This document shows positions 1 through 12,117 of a stretch of DNA of 57,610 nt, piece by piece; the first letter of the stretch is position 1; the number at the start of each line of letters is the position of its first letter. The notes under the pieces are model-generated. The model was not told the origin of the DNA. It did not search any database and saw only the letters and a program-made list of their open reading frames with translations. The position numbers were made by a program, and so were the translations under genes. The stretch spans positions 1-57,610 of the forward strand of contig JAUCBJ010008763.1 in assembly GCA_032718475.1 (NCBI GenBank). The letters run 5' to 3'. Origin of the DNA: Nemertoderma westbladi. Taxonomy: Eukaryota; Animalia; Xenacoelomorpha.

Positions 1-613
1 CATACCTATGACCAGTCCACTGATTCAATATGAATATGATTGTAACACTCAAGTAGGCATAGTATACTCAGTGGCAGTAGCTTGCTAGCTAGCTAGCTAA
101 CTAAGCATCGCTGCTCACGAGTGAGCTACAATAGCGCATCTGTTACTTATGAGTGTGCGTATGTGCAGCAGGCAACGCTAAGCTCGGTGAGAATAGATTA
201 GGGCTATGTGCTGGTATTCATAGTCAAAGACGATGCCCTCCTATCTGTTACTAGTCTGTATACCGGTACATATTATTAAAACATCAGCTATGCATCTCCC
301 TACATTCAGAATAGAACAACGAACAGAGCAATCGCTAACTAATCCGCATGGGAAAGGTTTATGTTGTGCATTTTGTTAACTATGAGAATTTTGTAATCTA
401 AACATCTGCGGCCCTCTACAAAAATATATATAAACTCAATTTTTCTAACAGTGAACTATAATTTTGTTTCCCTACCGTAAAATAAAAAAATAAATACCGG
501 TATAGACTAGGCCTAACTTATCTTCATATTTGAAAAAAAAAAAAAAAAACTAACCTCAACAAACTTCAGTTCCGACAATCCTTCTATCAATCAACCAACA
601 TCCAACATCCAAG

Positions 614-967
614 ATGGCATTTTCTTTCATTGAAAATAGCGGCGACTGTTTATTAAAATTTGATGTTGATGGAGACAACCTTTATTTTACATCATTAAAT
701 GTAACTGAATTACATTTAAAAAATAACAACGGTGAAATAACAATAATGATTAAAAATAAAACCAGCGGCAGCCAAGGTCACCAAACCACATTGACGACCA
801 ATAAAAACTTCAATTTAAACGTTAGAGTCCAACCTGGAGAAGCGCATCAGATAAGTCTGGACAATTATAGTAGGGGAGAGAACTGGGATGAACATGAAGA
901 TATAGCAGCAGCTCCAGTTCCAACACCAACTCTACTACTTCCATCTGATCTGAGAATACGTCAGTAG
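614..967 (+). CDS. Hypothetical 117-aa protein, probable Polinton accessory gene
   Basis: Intronless ORF preceded by an A/C-rich leader and followed by AATAAA near 1115. No recognised domain. Confidence 0.5.
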   Translation: MAFSFIENSGDCLLKFDVDGDNLYFTSLNVTELHLKNNNGEITIMIKNKTSGSQGHQTTLTTNKNFNLNVRVQPGEAHQISLDNYSRGENWDEHEDIAAAPVPTPTLLLPSDLRIRQ

Positions 968-1906
968 ACTCGTACAGCAAGTAGACTCATAGGCCTATAT
1001 AATTAGTGACGTCTGTTAGGTAGAGGGTTAATGTGTGTTACCGGTATCAGTAGGTTTTTGTATTGTATTGTATATTTTATATTTTATATCTAATTAAAAA
1101 AAAAGCGAATACATAATAAATAAACTAACTATGTTTTATAGGCCTATAGGCCTACAACATGAAGTGAATGAATGAACTTGGGCGCGGTGAATTTTATATA
1201 TTGCTAGCCACACCTATTGTATCAATGTGCTAGGCGGCTTTCAGTTGAGGAGTAGTGATTAGGCCTATATGCCTAACCGAATGAAGGTGCGCCTAGTGTG
1301 AGTTCTAAAGGTTAACCGTAAACCATATTGGGTCAACATTCGAAAAAGGGGGCCGCATAAAGTTAACTATAGCTGTATAGGCTTACCTATGCAACAGTAG
1401 TAGCCCACAGTAATGTAGATTAGACCAATTAAAGTTGTAAACAGAAAATTGGAAGCATTCAAGTGTAATAGCGTAATCCTTAAATCAAAGAAAGCTGCAT
1501 GCCCTTGCTCTATCCAAGTATACAGTTACAAGAGTGCTACAGTGCCGGTACCAGTAGGCCTATTGTTAGGTGGGCCCCTCTAATGCTGCATTCACGAACC
1601 CCCATGTCGAGTTAATTTAATTTTATTATTTAGTAAGTAACGCTAAAGCGCTGTGGGTGCCATTCTACCGTTCTACAGTTTAGCGTTGTTGCTATATGAC
1701 TGTATGTGTGTAAAGTCAGCTACTGGTAGTTAAACTCTGATACAACAGCCGGCTACCGGTAGGTACGGTGTGTTTGTGAGTGTAAACTTAAGCCCTACAC
1801 CTTCAGTCAAACTGAGATATAAAAAAATAGATTTTAATGTTTTTATTATTTTTATTGACATTAAAACAATTATATTATCCCATCACATTACATGCTTAGA
1901 GTAAAC

Positions 1907-2510
1907 CTACTGTACGAGTACATCTTCCACCGCAGTTATTTCTTTCTGTTTATCATCAGTGTCAGTTAAACGCTTTCTCACGAAAAATCGTTTCAATTCA
2001 AACCTGCCGACTCGTTTTGCAGAGCAGTACCGCAGACAGTTATCCCTTGTGTTTAAGTGGAAAGCACATTTATCTTCTACTGTAGTAAATTGATCGTGGA
2101 AGTGACATGGAGTTAAATAGTTGTAATATCGCTGATATATCCCCAATTTCTCCATCGAATTTGGTGCGAGAACATCACGTTGGGAAACTAATATTGCCTG
2201 CTTCATCAACCCAAATACATGTATATTTTTTTTATATTTTAAATGTCTCTTCATGTACTTTTTAAAGTCATCTTGCGAAATGTCACCGTAATCCCTAGGT
2301 AAATGCGAAGTCATGTCTCATAAATTGTTTACCTGGGCTTTATCTAATGCTGATAACTTAATATTAGGTGGACCTTTAATTAAAAACGTCTTTACATTAG
2401 TTTTGGTGTAATTAGAATCGAATATAGCAAATTCTTTAAATACTACTGGATATTCCTTATTGTCTATCGTATAATATTGAAAATCAACAAAAATAATATT
2501 ATCTATTTTA
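1907..2510 (-). pseudogene. Polinton DEDD-exonuclease-like protein with an in-frame TGA
   Basis: The frame upstream of ORF 1907-2314 reads IIFVDFQYY...FKEFAIFD...FLIKGP...NNL*DMTSH, resembling the DxQxF..KExA small Polinton nuclease-like proteins. It has a C-terminal Cys/His cluster. Confidence 0.55.
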
Positions 2511-2537
2511 TCTGATAAACAAAAGTTAAATGATTAA

Positions 2538-2990
2538 TTACAACGCTTGTTGGTTTATTTTATAATAATTAACAAGCCATTTGTATAATATTATTTCATT
2601 TATTTCCACATTATTTGTAAACGCTCTCATTGGATAGTTTGTGTGAATTCGATTTACCAAGTAATAAAGACAGTATAATCCACATGTGGTCCTCCTGGGG
2701 TCTTGAAATTGTTTCCGGGTAGTACGCCATCTTGCTGAATTTTTCTCAAGCCATTTTTCAATACATCTGTTTGGATATTTTGGTCCAAACGAATTAAATA
2801 ATTCAGCCTCATTATCTCGTATATATATAGCTATCCAATGAACCCCGGGTAGATGCTCTTTATCGGTGTTTACTATTAACCCATAATCTCTCCGCTTATT
2901 ATTATCTAATTTAGGTAATTTGTTAGATAGAAACGCTCCCAAATAGTGACCACCCACTGGAAACATATCAAGGTCCTCTGTAGATAACAT
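2538..2990 (-). CDS. Adenain-like cysteine maturation protease (Polinton PRO)
   Basis: Motifs IVNTD..LPGVHW, FNSFG (the usual catalytic Asp is Asn here) and Q..TTCGLYC. Confidence 0.93.
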   Translation of the reverse strand: MLSTEDLDMFPVGGHYLGAFLSNKLPKLDNNKRRDYGLIVNTDKEHLPGVHWIAIYIRDNEAELFNSFGPKYPNRCIEKWLEKNSARWRTTRKQFQDPRRTTCGLYCLYYLVNRIHTNYPMRAFTNNVEINEIILYKWLVNYYKINQQAL

Positions 2991-2992
2991 AC

Positions 2993-4252
2993 TTAATCGA
3001 TATGTATTTCTTTCCTGCTATTTAAACTTAATGATTGATCATAAATATTAAAAACGATTACATTTATGGTCTCAACCAATGGTTCGGCAAATCTTAATTT
3101 TAATTGGCCGTTAGTATATATCGATGGTTGCGGATCTCTAACATAGCCGTCGGCGGTTAGGTCCCAGGATATGAGTGGGCAATTACCTAAGTAGGTTTCA
3201 TGGTCTATATTATTACCTCCATAACCGTAAATATATGTATTAATGTTTTTCATTAATTGAGTATACTCAAAAATGTATGTTCCATCTGTAAAATTAGGCT
3301 CGTATATTACACCACCTACTGGAAGACCGTCTACAATCAGTTCCGCGCGTCTAAGGTTAAAATGTTCAAATTTCAAGGGGTTACTAATTAATTCTCCCGA
3401 ATATGCATTATTTGTTATAAAACCGATAATAACTAATTTGGGTTTTTTACCATCAAATATGTTTGTTTGGGTGTAATTTGTGGTTTGAGCGGGAATAGTA
3501 AATGTTGTAACCTCCTTTTTTTGGAATTGATATTCAATATCGTAACTCTCTAAACCTTTTAGGTGACTGCTTTCTATTACTGGATTAACCTCCATTCTAG
3601 GGATTAGGATCTTTACTTCATCTAATTCTAACCGAAGATTTGTTACAGCGTTTGCGTTTGGAGTGATTTTAAAAATAAACGAATTTGATACTTTTCTAAA
3701 ATACATTCTTAAATCATACCCGGGTTGTATTATTTTAGTTTCAGTATCAAAATCAATTGTCAATCCACTTACAAATTGCATTTGTTTACTAAAGGCATCG
3801 CCAATAGGATGCGCGCCGGGATTAATTTCATTTCCGTGTTCGGATAAAGGCTGATGAAAGCCACCCGCCCCCAGTAGCCCATTTTTAGATTCGTATGTTG
3901 TAAATAGTAAATTGGATAAGTACGACTTGTAGAAATAATGGTTATTGCTATTTTCAACCTGCTTCTCATTAAGGTCTATTTTAATATCACTCCACATAGT
4001 CCCAGAAGGGTAATTCAACATATAAATATGGGAGTTTTCAAGTCATCTATCCCACCGTACAGTACATTTTGTAATTAATAACGCATCTTGCAGTTTCGTA
4101 TAGAATTCATTGGATCTTGGTACAAGGAACGTGACTTCCCTAGACTCACTTCTGAGATTGGATACTGGGTAAATTGTTTCATAATGCTTTGCTTTAAATT
4201 CAGTCTGTATTGGCTGTGTAGAAAATAAATCTAATTCCTTAATAATTGACAT
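2993..4252 (-). pseudogene. Major capsid protein (double jelly-roll, PY/hexon-like) with one in-frame TGA at 4043-4045
   Basis: N-terminal KELDLFSTQPIQT, then Y.YKSYL..LL, PKLVIIGF, YSG...NPLKF and WDLTAD. ORFs 4043-4252 and 2993-4021 are in the same frame (77 codons apart). Confidence 0.9.
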
Positions 4253-4254
4253 TA

Positions 4255-4790
4255 TTAAAAAATACTTTTTTCGCAGTGTTTAAGTTTGTCTTTTATTTTT
4301 CTATTTTTACTACGACGATGATGTATGTTCATAGACATTGGCCTAGTAGGTCGCTTTAAATCTCTATAAACTTTTTCTACAACAGATCTTGTTGATGGTT
4401 TCATTTTATTTAATGCTTTATTAATAACCGTATTAGCCTGCTGATGTAAGACCCGCTTACCTTTTGGTATTACGTGTTGTCTCATAAATTTTGTGGTAAA
4501 TGGTAAAGCTTTTTGTAACACTTTTTTTGCTAATGGCTTACCAAATTTTTTCAATGTAGATAAAGCGTCTGTAAATATACCTTCCCCGTGTTGATTTGTT
4601 CGCAACATACCTCTACGATAACGTTGAAAACGACGTTGTTTTAAGTTTGGACCAAATGCACCAATTTGTTGTCCGTAAGGGTCAATATATGAACCACCTC
4701 GAAAAACAGGAACTTGCGTCGAGCCTCTTGTACTTCTACCACCTTTAAAAACAGCAAGATTAGAGTCTGCACCACCATATTGAGGTTTAT
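4255..4790 (-). CDS. Basic core / membrane-active virion protein (QxGxG class), native start apparently lost
   Basis: The frame is open from about 4790: KPQYGG..VFKGG..PVFRGG..QHGEGIF, followed by an amphipathic Lys-rich helix. GG and GxG sites resemble adenain cleavage sites. Confidence 0.7.
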
Positions 4791-5639
4791 TAACTTAAGT
4801 GTTATAACAGTGCGACCACCGCTGAAATTAATTAATTCACCTTGACCGTCACGTAAAGTAATTAAGATTGTTTTTAGTTTTTTATTCAACAACGGGTAAT
4901 AGCAAATGCTCTCGTATTCGTGATTAATATATTTTCGATTTAATTGTGTTAAAGGACAGGTTCTTAAGAGCGGAGCTAAAGCGTCACCAACAAATGAGCT
5001 CTTAATAATATCTGTATATATGAAGATTGTATCTTTATTACGAGTAATATTCGTGGGAGCCAGAAAATCTAAAATCCCAATTTCCGAAATTTTTGGTCCA
5101 CTATAATTTAAAATTAATATCGGCTGTTCTATATTGCTTAATTCATCCACTGTAGTGGTACTGTATATATCCCAATTCAGAATACTCGGATGATTCTGAT
5201 CCAATAACGGTTTTAAGCCTAGAATTTGAATTAAATCACCGCGTAGACTTAATTGTATTTTTTTCAACTTTTTAGGAAATTTAAATTTAATTCTAGAATT
5301 ATTTGTATTAAAAATGAATTCGAAATCTCTATATTTCGCTTCAGAATTAAACAGTTTATTTATATCATCAATAATGACTTGAATAGAGCTATGCATACCA
5401 GGAAATAAACTGTATAATTTGGCATCTTTTGCATCTACCCCGATTGAGAGCGAGATTTGAGTTTGCAGAGTAATATTACTGTATGTTGCTTGGTATTGTA
5501 TCTCGGCGAGTCCAATTTTAGCGTTTGGACCAATATATAATTCTTCGGCTAAATCAACAGTAAACTCGCTAGGGTTATTATTGGGGTAAGTGTTTAATGA
5601 GCTATCTGAAAGTAGAGTGATATATGTATCTACAGCCAT
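4641..5639 (-). CDS. Minor capsid protein (penton, PX)
   Basis: YITLLSDSS..YPNN.PSEF, IGLAEIQY, IFIYTDII, VGD..APLLR and LRD..GELINF.GGRTVITL. The last ~50 aa are read-through into the next gene. Confidence 0.9.
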   Translation of the reverse strand: MAVDTYITLLSDSSLNTYPNNNPSEFTVDLAEELYIGPNAKIGLAEIQYQATYSNITLQTQISLSIGVDAKDAKLYSLFPGMHSSIQVIIDDINKLFNSEAKYRDFEFIFNTNNSRIKFKFPKKLKKIQLSLRGDLIQILGLKPLLDQNHPSILNWDIYSTTTVDELSNIEQPILILNYSGPKISEIGILDFLAPTNITRNKDTIFIYTDIIKSSFVGDALAPLLRTCPLTQLNRKYINHEYESICYYPLLNKKLKTILITLRDGQGELINFSGGRTVITLKLINLNMVVQTLILLFLKVVEVQEARRKFLFFEVVHILTLTDNKLVHLVQT

Positions 5640-5899
5640 TATTATTATTATTTAAGCTCTCTCTACTTGACTCCTTTGTACATACAGTACAGTACAGTAC
5701 GGTATAATGTTAAATTATAGACATCTGTGACCACGTTCATTCCCGTTTCTACAGTATATGCGAGGGATCAATATTTTACTGGCTTTATTTAAAGCAAATG
5801 AACTATAGTATAGTAATATCATTCGAGTTAATATTGATTGATTAATTAATTACGGACATATGTGACCAAAATGAATTAATATACAGTATAAACCTAAAC

Positions 5900-6993
5900 T
5901 TATTGAATATGCTGTACCCACGACTGTTTCTTGGATCCGATGAATCGGACTAAATATTCTTTTTTCCCATTGCGTACACGTTCTTTAAGTTTGCCAATAT
6001 TTTTGTCAATCGGAAGATAAATATTACTATTCGGGTGGACCTTTTGGAGTTCGTATGAATAAAATGAGCCATTTATTATAGCTCCAGCGCTGTCCTTAAT
6101 ATTGAACATTACCGCTGGTACTCTATCCAATCTGACCCGATGAATAATAAATAATTCACGTGTCCATTGTTCTCGATAGCCTTTAGCAAAAGCAGTACGA
6201 GCGATAGATAATCGTACTGTATCTCCAACTTTAAATTTTATTTTCTTGTGATTAATCTGTCTATATTTCCCATATAATCTATTCATTAATTCAGTTTCAT
6301 TAAATTTATTAACTTCAATGGGTGTCATTTGTATTGTCCTATGATATGACCTATTATAAGCATAAATGAGCTTCGGTAAAATTTTTATCCAAACATTATT
6401 TCCCCGTTGCGTTTTTTTTTTTAATTTTGAAAATCTTTGTTTTTAATGTTCTATTGAATCTCTCGACAATAGCCGCCTTATTCACAGAATATATTACATA
6501 ATACTGTATACCAATAGTATCTAAATATTTCCTTACAGATTTATTTAGAAACTCAGACCCTTGATCAGTTGCGATTCTGTTTGGTTTTCCTTTCTGGAAT
6601 ATTTTTTGCAATATACTAATAATTTCAATACCCTTTTTTGTTTTCATACCATAGGCAAAAGCAAGCCAGCTAAAGGCATCAATATATGTTAATATATAGT
6701 TATAATTATTATTTTGCGATTTATATTGCTGCATATTCACCAGATCTATCATATATACATCTTTTAAGCCTCCCGTAAATATTTTAGATATTGGATAATG
6801 ATGTCTACGTGGTGCGTGAAGGGAGTATGTCTTTTGCCAACTCAACCATTTCTGGGCTTGAGCTAGTTTGATGTTTGCGGCTTTTGCTAATTTTGCGATA
6901 CTTGCAAAACCCGCAGGGGATGAAGGATCTAAATAAATTCTTAACAGTTTTTTCAAAGCTTCGGCTTAAAATCGGTTTCATCTTGCGTGGCAT
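5900..6993 (-). pseudogene. Retroviral-like (c-INT) integrase with C-terminal chromo-like domain, frameshifted
   Basis: YLDPSSPAGF and DDE motifs IDL / TDQGSEF / VERFNRTLK. A frameshift at the A-run near 6412-6422 resumes as WIKILPKL..YN..HRTI.MTP, FKVGD.VR, G.FY..EL, YLVRF. Confidence 0.92.
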
Positions 6994-7217
6994 CTTTTTG
7001 ACAACTGCAAGTAATATGTATATTCAAATCTCTTATAAAGGGCATCACCGTAAAAACAACTGAAATTTTTTTATTATTTTTTTTGAAGTTGATGTATTAA
7101 AGGGTTTTCTTTTTGTAGTATTTACTCTAGGTATATCTTGAGGTTTTAAATCAGTAGCTAACGGTTTACTCGATACTAAATATAATTTTCTAAATGTTAC
7201 TCCTGTTTTAACCATTA

Positions 7218-7601
7218 TTACCGTCCACGGTTAATTTTTTTCGCAATAGCCGCTCCAGCGGCGGTGGCACCAGCACTCGCGGCGAGTTTCACACCAATGC
7301 CAAGTAAGGGTATTAGAAACGGTAGTATGCCTCCAGATTGATTGCTTAACTTTTTTCTGTAACTTGATATATTTTTTGTTTTACGGTTGAGTGATTTCAA
7401 TACCTTTTTATAGCGGCGAATATTTCTAAATGAATGAGGGGTCAATTGTACGTTACCTTTTAGAACATTTAATGCAGTATTTACAATGAGCCGTATTAAT
7501 TTGTTACTCGCGGTATGGTTAATAAAATAAGTTCTTTGTTGAGGGGTAGCGCTGCGTAGAAATTCCAGTTCGTTACGATATTTCTGCACAAGTCTATTCA
7601 T
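7218..7601 (-). CDS. Conserved basic Polinton core protein (NVLKGNV..QxGG.LP class)
   Basis: ALNVLKGNVQL, a Lys/Arg-rich middle, then QSGG/ILPFLIPLL hydrophobic tail after a probable protease site. Confidence 0.8.
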   Translation of the reverse strand: MNRLVQKYRNELEFLRSATPQQRTYFINHTASNKLIRLIVNTALNVLKGNVQLTPHSFRNIRRYKKVLKSLNRKTKNISSYRKKLSNQSGGILPFLIPLLGIGVKLAASAGATAAGAAIAKKINRGR

Positions 7602-7736
7602 TGTTGCAACATTATTGAAAATTGTTACAAAATATTAATTATTTATTATTATTATTATTATTATTATTTTCGCTACGTTTATAGTCAATGTAATTTTAAT
7701 GTAACAATTTTGATTATGAAATATATCCGATCTAAA

Positions 7737-9878
7737 TCATAAATTTTCGGGTGTTTCCTGTCGTAAATCAATTAAGAAATGCGAAAATGGTTCAATAGTC
7801 GCATCTTGATAGGAATCTACTAAAAATTTGGTCTGCCCTGGTAACATCTGCTTCGCGAAATTTAAAACCGATAAACTGTCTCGCGGATTTTTCATTAATA
7901 CTAAAGTATGGCTATTAATTGATCTTGTGCGGTTATGCTTCCCACCGTAAAACATGTTTTGCGTTATAAAACAAATAAATATATTGGAATGATGAGCTAC
8001 CTTAGTAAACAATACAGTTAAAGCTGTACTGGACTCAGTTTCTGTTAATAAATCATCTATAATTAATAAATCTCGACTATTCACTAAACTATCTATATTT
8101 TCTGGCAAACCTTTGTAAAGGTGAGTAATACCAGGAATAGTTGGGGGATTGCTCCCGTAACAATACAATACTCGCAAGGGGGCTTCGTTGAAACAACCAT
8201 TCTTGTGTTTAATTAACCCTATTAGTACCGGGCTATAAAATGTTGTACAAATACCGGGAGGGGGTCATATTGACCCCCCCATCTAAAATCTACAAATATT
8301 TACGAAAATGTCTGATTTTTTGTTTGTACGTAGGTATCACTTGTCTGGATCCGACCGAAAAAAAAAATTTCGAAAAAAATGTACTGGGGTGGTTATATTG
8401 CAGCACCAAAATTACAAGTAGTGCACAATTTTCACCAAATTTAAAAGTTACATTTTCGGCTAATTATTTTTCAATACAGGTTTTCTGGGGTGCAAAATAC
8501 ATTGGAAAATATTAAAAAATGATATGATTACTATAAATGGCTGTTTAGTCCTCTCTGCGTAGGAAAAAAATGAAAAAAACAAGTAACCAGCACTTTTCAG
8601 TTAGAACACAAAATATTTAATTCACTTATACGATGCTATAAATTCACATTTTCAGGTTTTCGAGGGCGCTGATTCTAATGGAATACATTTCTAATATGCC
8701 AGATCATTGCTACTTGTATTTTTCGGCGTTTTTTGGCAAATTTTGGTGCTAGCACCAAATTTCGTACCCATCAGAAAAAAGTACAAGTTTGCGATGTCCA
8801 GTGCTGTTTTTATTGATTCCATCGGATTCAGGACCCTCATAAACCCGTATAACGCAAGAAACAAGGTGATACTATCTACTTATCAATTTGCATATTTTCC
8901 AAAATTTGGTGCTGGCACAACAATTTTCACCCACCGGCGAAAAATACCATTTTGAGAACTCTTATGAAATTTTTACTGATTCCATTGAATTCAGAACCAT
9001 CACAAACCCATATAACGCAAGAAACAAGGTGACACAATCAATTGATATATTTGATGGTTTTCAAAATTTGGTGCTAGCACCACATTTTGCACCCACATCC
9101 GAAAAATACAAGTTTGAGATGTCTAGTTCGATAATTATATTTTCCATTGAATTCAGAACAGCCATAAACCTCTAAAACCCAAGAAATAAGTTGTCACAAG
9201 CAATTTTATCTATTGAATGGATTTTCAAAATTTCGTGCTTGCACCAAAATTTGCACACAGCACCGAAAAATACAAGTTTGATACGCTTGGTGCAACTCGT
9301 ATATATTTCATCGAATTCAGAACCCCAAAAATCCCCAATTGCGTAAAAAACAAGTTTCAAACAATCAATTTACAAAATTGACTTATTTCAAAATTTGGTG
9401 CTGGCACCAAAATTTGGCACCCACCGAAAAAAACAAGTTTGAAATTTCTAAATCAATTTATATGAATTCCATCAAATTTCTAACACCAAAAAACCGGTGT
9501 AAATAATAAATAGAGATGTTACAATTCATATTTAATGAAATGTAATTTTCAAAAAACGTCTCAAAAAAAGTGCCAAAAGTAGGGTTAAAAAATGGTGCTA
9601 TAACTCGAAAAGTACCCAATATTTTTGAAAACGGTTTTCACTACTAGGAAGACAATAGATTTTTAGGAAAAGTCATAAAATTTCAGATTCCCAACTGCGT
9701 TTGTTTCAGATTTATAATAAAAAAACCACGGGAGGGGTCATATTGACCCCCCCCCCGGGTTTAATAGGGTTAAATTGCTAACAAATGTTGACTTTCCAGA
9801 ACCAGATGGGCCAGAAATTATCATACTCGTTCCCATTTGAAAGTTTAAATTATATGGACCTGAATTAAAGTCAGCCAT
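7737..9878 (-). pseudogene. A32/FtsK-like packaging ATPase interrupted by a piggyBac-type insertion
   Basis: 9878-9770 encodes MADF..ISGPSGSGKSTFVSNL (Walker A). Removing 8217-9773 joins in frame to IKHK..RVLYCYG..LLIIDDL (Walker B)..ITQNMF..KNPRD. There is a premature TGA before FRSDIF. Confidence 0.93.
8217..9769. mobile_element. Non-autonomous piggyBac-type transposon
   Basis: TTAA duplicated at 8213-8216 and 9770-9773. Ends are CCCTATTA / TAATAGGG, with subterminal GGGGTCATATTGACCCC at both ends and internal ~163-bp repeats. No transposase. Confidence 0.9.
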
Positions 9879-9953
9879 TTATTATTATTATTAAGATATA
9901 TCAACAATACAATATAATATAATATAAATATCAATAAACCATCACCATTACTA

Positions 9954-11336
9954 CAGTCGGGGTCTCAAAGTGCATCTGTTCTTTGAGATTTTCTCAAAGT
10001 TTTTCTAAAAGTATCTAAAAGTCATTACATTACTCCCAACGGCCGCTTTGAATTCTTGTCGACACTTTTAGTTGGGAATCTCAAAGTGATTTCCTGCTTT
10101 TAGGCACTTTGAATTCTTTGAGAAATGCCACTTTGAGGTAGTTTGCGGCACTTTGAATTCTTTGAGAAAATAAACTCCGAGGTATTCCTGATTGACAGCA
10201 CGTGGTAAGTTAACAGATTCAGAGGCATTCTCGGGGAACAATATCATGCGGGTAACAATGTGATACTTGTGGGCTGGCCAGTTGTTGCCTAGAAGCTATT
10301 CCCATTAATTTATCACATTGAGGTTCCTGAGGTCATTACGGGATGGGTTTTCGGTCGCAAGTACAAAATTTACGGCGCCCTTTGACAAGCAGTTTCTCTG
10401 TGTATACGCAGTTTCATTATAATGACCTGAAGAAGCCCGGTTGGGAGAAAGTTATAATAACTTTTGTTATTCATTTCATTAGTCACCTGAGGTCAAACCG
10501 TTCTACCTTGACTGTTTAATATGATAACTACGGTGACGAGAGGGCGAGAATTCATTTTTAAAAACTAAGAAAGGCTTTCAACTTTCAAGTAAGATAGAAC
10601 AAGGAAGATACAACACTCTTGTTTTGTTTTAACTTAATAGAGATATTAAAATATCACCTGCCCCTGGCGTTTCTATTTGAGCATATTTTAAATGTTTGCC
10701 TGATATTCAATTGATGTGTACCGCCTTCTGGCAAAGCGGCACCCAGGTTAAGCTATCAATCACAGCTACGGACGGCGACCTTCAAACAAACAGGTGCAGA
10801 GCCGGAAAGAACTGTCGTGCTTTGCTTGGCTTGTGGTACCATGATTACATAATAGATTTTGGCAGACTGGGCGGTCGCTCTGACCATATGCATTGCGCAC
10901 CAACAATGCCTAAAACATCTATGGGAACAGCCAATTAGTGAGCTCCAATCATTTCTCTTTATAACGAATAAATAATTCAATAAAAATTTATACTACAGTA
11001 ACAAATTATTTGTTACTGCAGAAAAAGACAATTTTTTATTACTGCAGTACGTTTAATTCTTACTTTCAGTAACAAATATTTATTACTGCAGTATTTTTGG
11101 AGGCATTTTTATTGTTTCATAGAGGTTTTTATTACTTATATTTTAACGTTTAGTCAAAGTCAATATACCCCATACCATAGCCAGCTTCAGGCAGGACTGT
11201 ATGAAATGACTGACTGTACTACTTTGAAATCTTTGAGGACACTTTGTCATTTTCTTGGACCACTTTTAGAACTTTGAGACACTTTTAGTTCTTTGAGAAT
11301 TTCTCAAAGAACAGATGCACTTTGAGACCCCGACTG
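9954..11336. mobile_element. Non-autonomous Tc1/mariner-type transposon
   Basis: TA on both sides and a ~46-bp TIR CAGTCGGGGTCTCAAAGTGCATCTGTTCTTTGAGA. No transposase ORF. Confidence 0.88.
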
Positions 11337-11480
11337 TATGTATATAACAATAATTGATGCAACTACAATATTAGAGTACTGTATATTTAATTAACATATG
11401 ACACAACTACAGTATGTGACACTCGCTGCAACAAAAAGTGCTATTTCCAATTATAGTATAGACTCATTTTCAATGTAATT

Positions 11481-11930
11481 TCAAGCATGGTGAGCATCTT
11501 TATACGCGAAATAATGATAGGTAACATTGGCGGTTTGGAAATCACTTCCCGAGAATTTCACGCTAATGATTTTTTTATGTTCGCTGCTAAAAAAATAAGG
11601 AATATAGTAGCAACACCGTCGTACTACATTTCTATAAAAAATATTCTCCAATATTGTAAATAAATCTCCTGGATCATTACTTTCCGCAGAAATATAAGTT
11701 ATATTTCGAAGCTCTTTCCAATAATAGGGTTGGTATCTTGCCAACTTTATATTAAACTTAGATATGGGTGCGCGACAAATAGGACAAATTTTAGAACAAT
11801 AATTATTCATTTCGGAATATTGTACAATACATTGTACGCAAGTTGCATGTTTATTTTCACATTTATAATAATCTCGATGTTGCAATAACTTAGAATAGCA
11901 AACTGGACATTTTTCATTTAAAATATCCAT
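11481..11930 (-). CDS. C3HC4 RING-finger protein (putative viral E3 ligase)
   Basis: CPVC..CENKHATCVQC..CPICR. Intronless and inside the Polinton. Confidence 0.85.
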   Translation of the reverse strand: MDILNEKCPVCYSKLLQHRDYYKCENKHATCVQCIVQYSEMNNYCSKICPICRAPISKFNIKLARYQPYYWKELRNITYISAESNDPGDLFTILENIFYRNVVRRCCYYIPYFFSSEHKKIISVKFSGSDFQTANVTYHYFAYKDAHHA

Positions 11931-12117
11931 TTTCCAAATTTTAAAGTAAATTGAAAATAATTACCTCAATACACAACAACAAACAAATCTGTTATACTGT
12001 ATATACAATTACTACTACAATTTTCGATTATTTAAAATTTGATGTTTTTTTTTTCATAATTAAAAACATCAAAATTTTATAAATAATCATAAAATATTTA
12101 TAATATAGCGGGAAAAG

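Noticed and set aside
2318-7739. Alternative genetic code or TGA read-through in the Polinton
   Set aside because: CGA>TGA decay explains the stops, TGG is used for Trp, other ORFs end in TGA, and frameshifts also occur.
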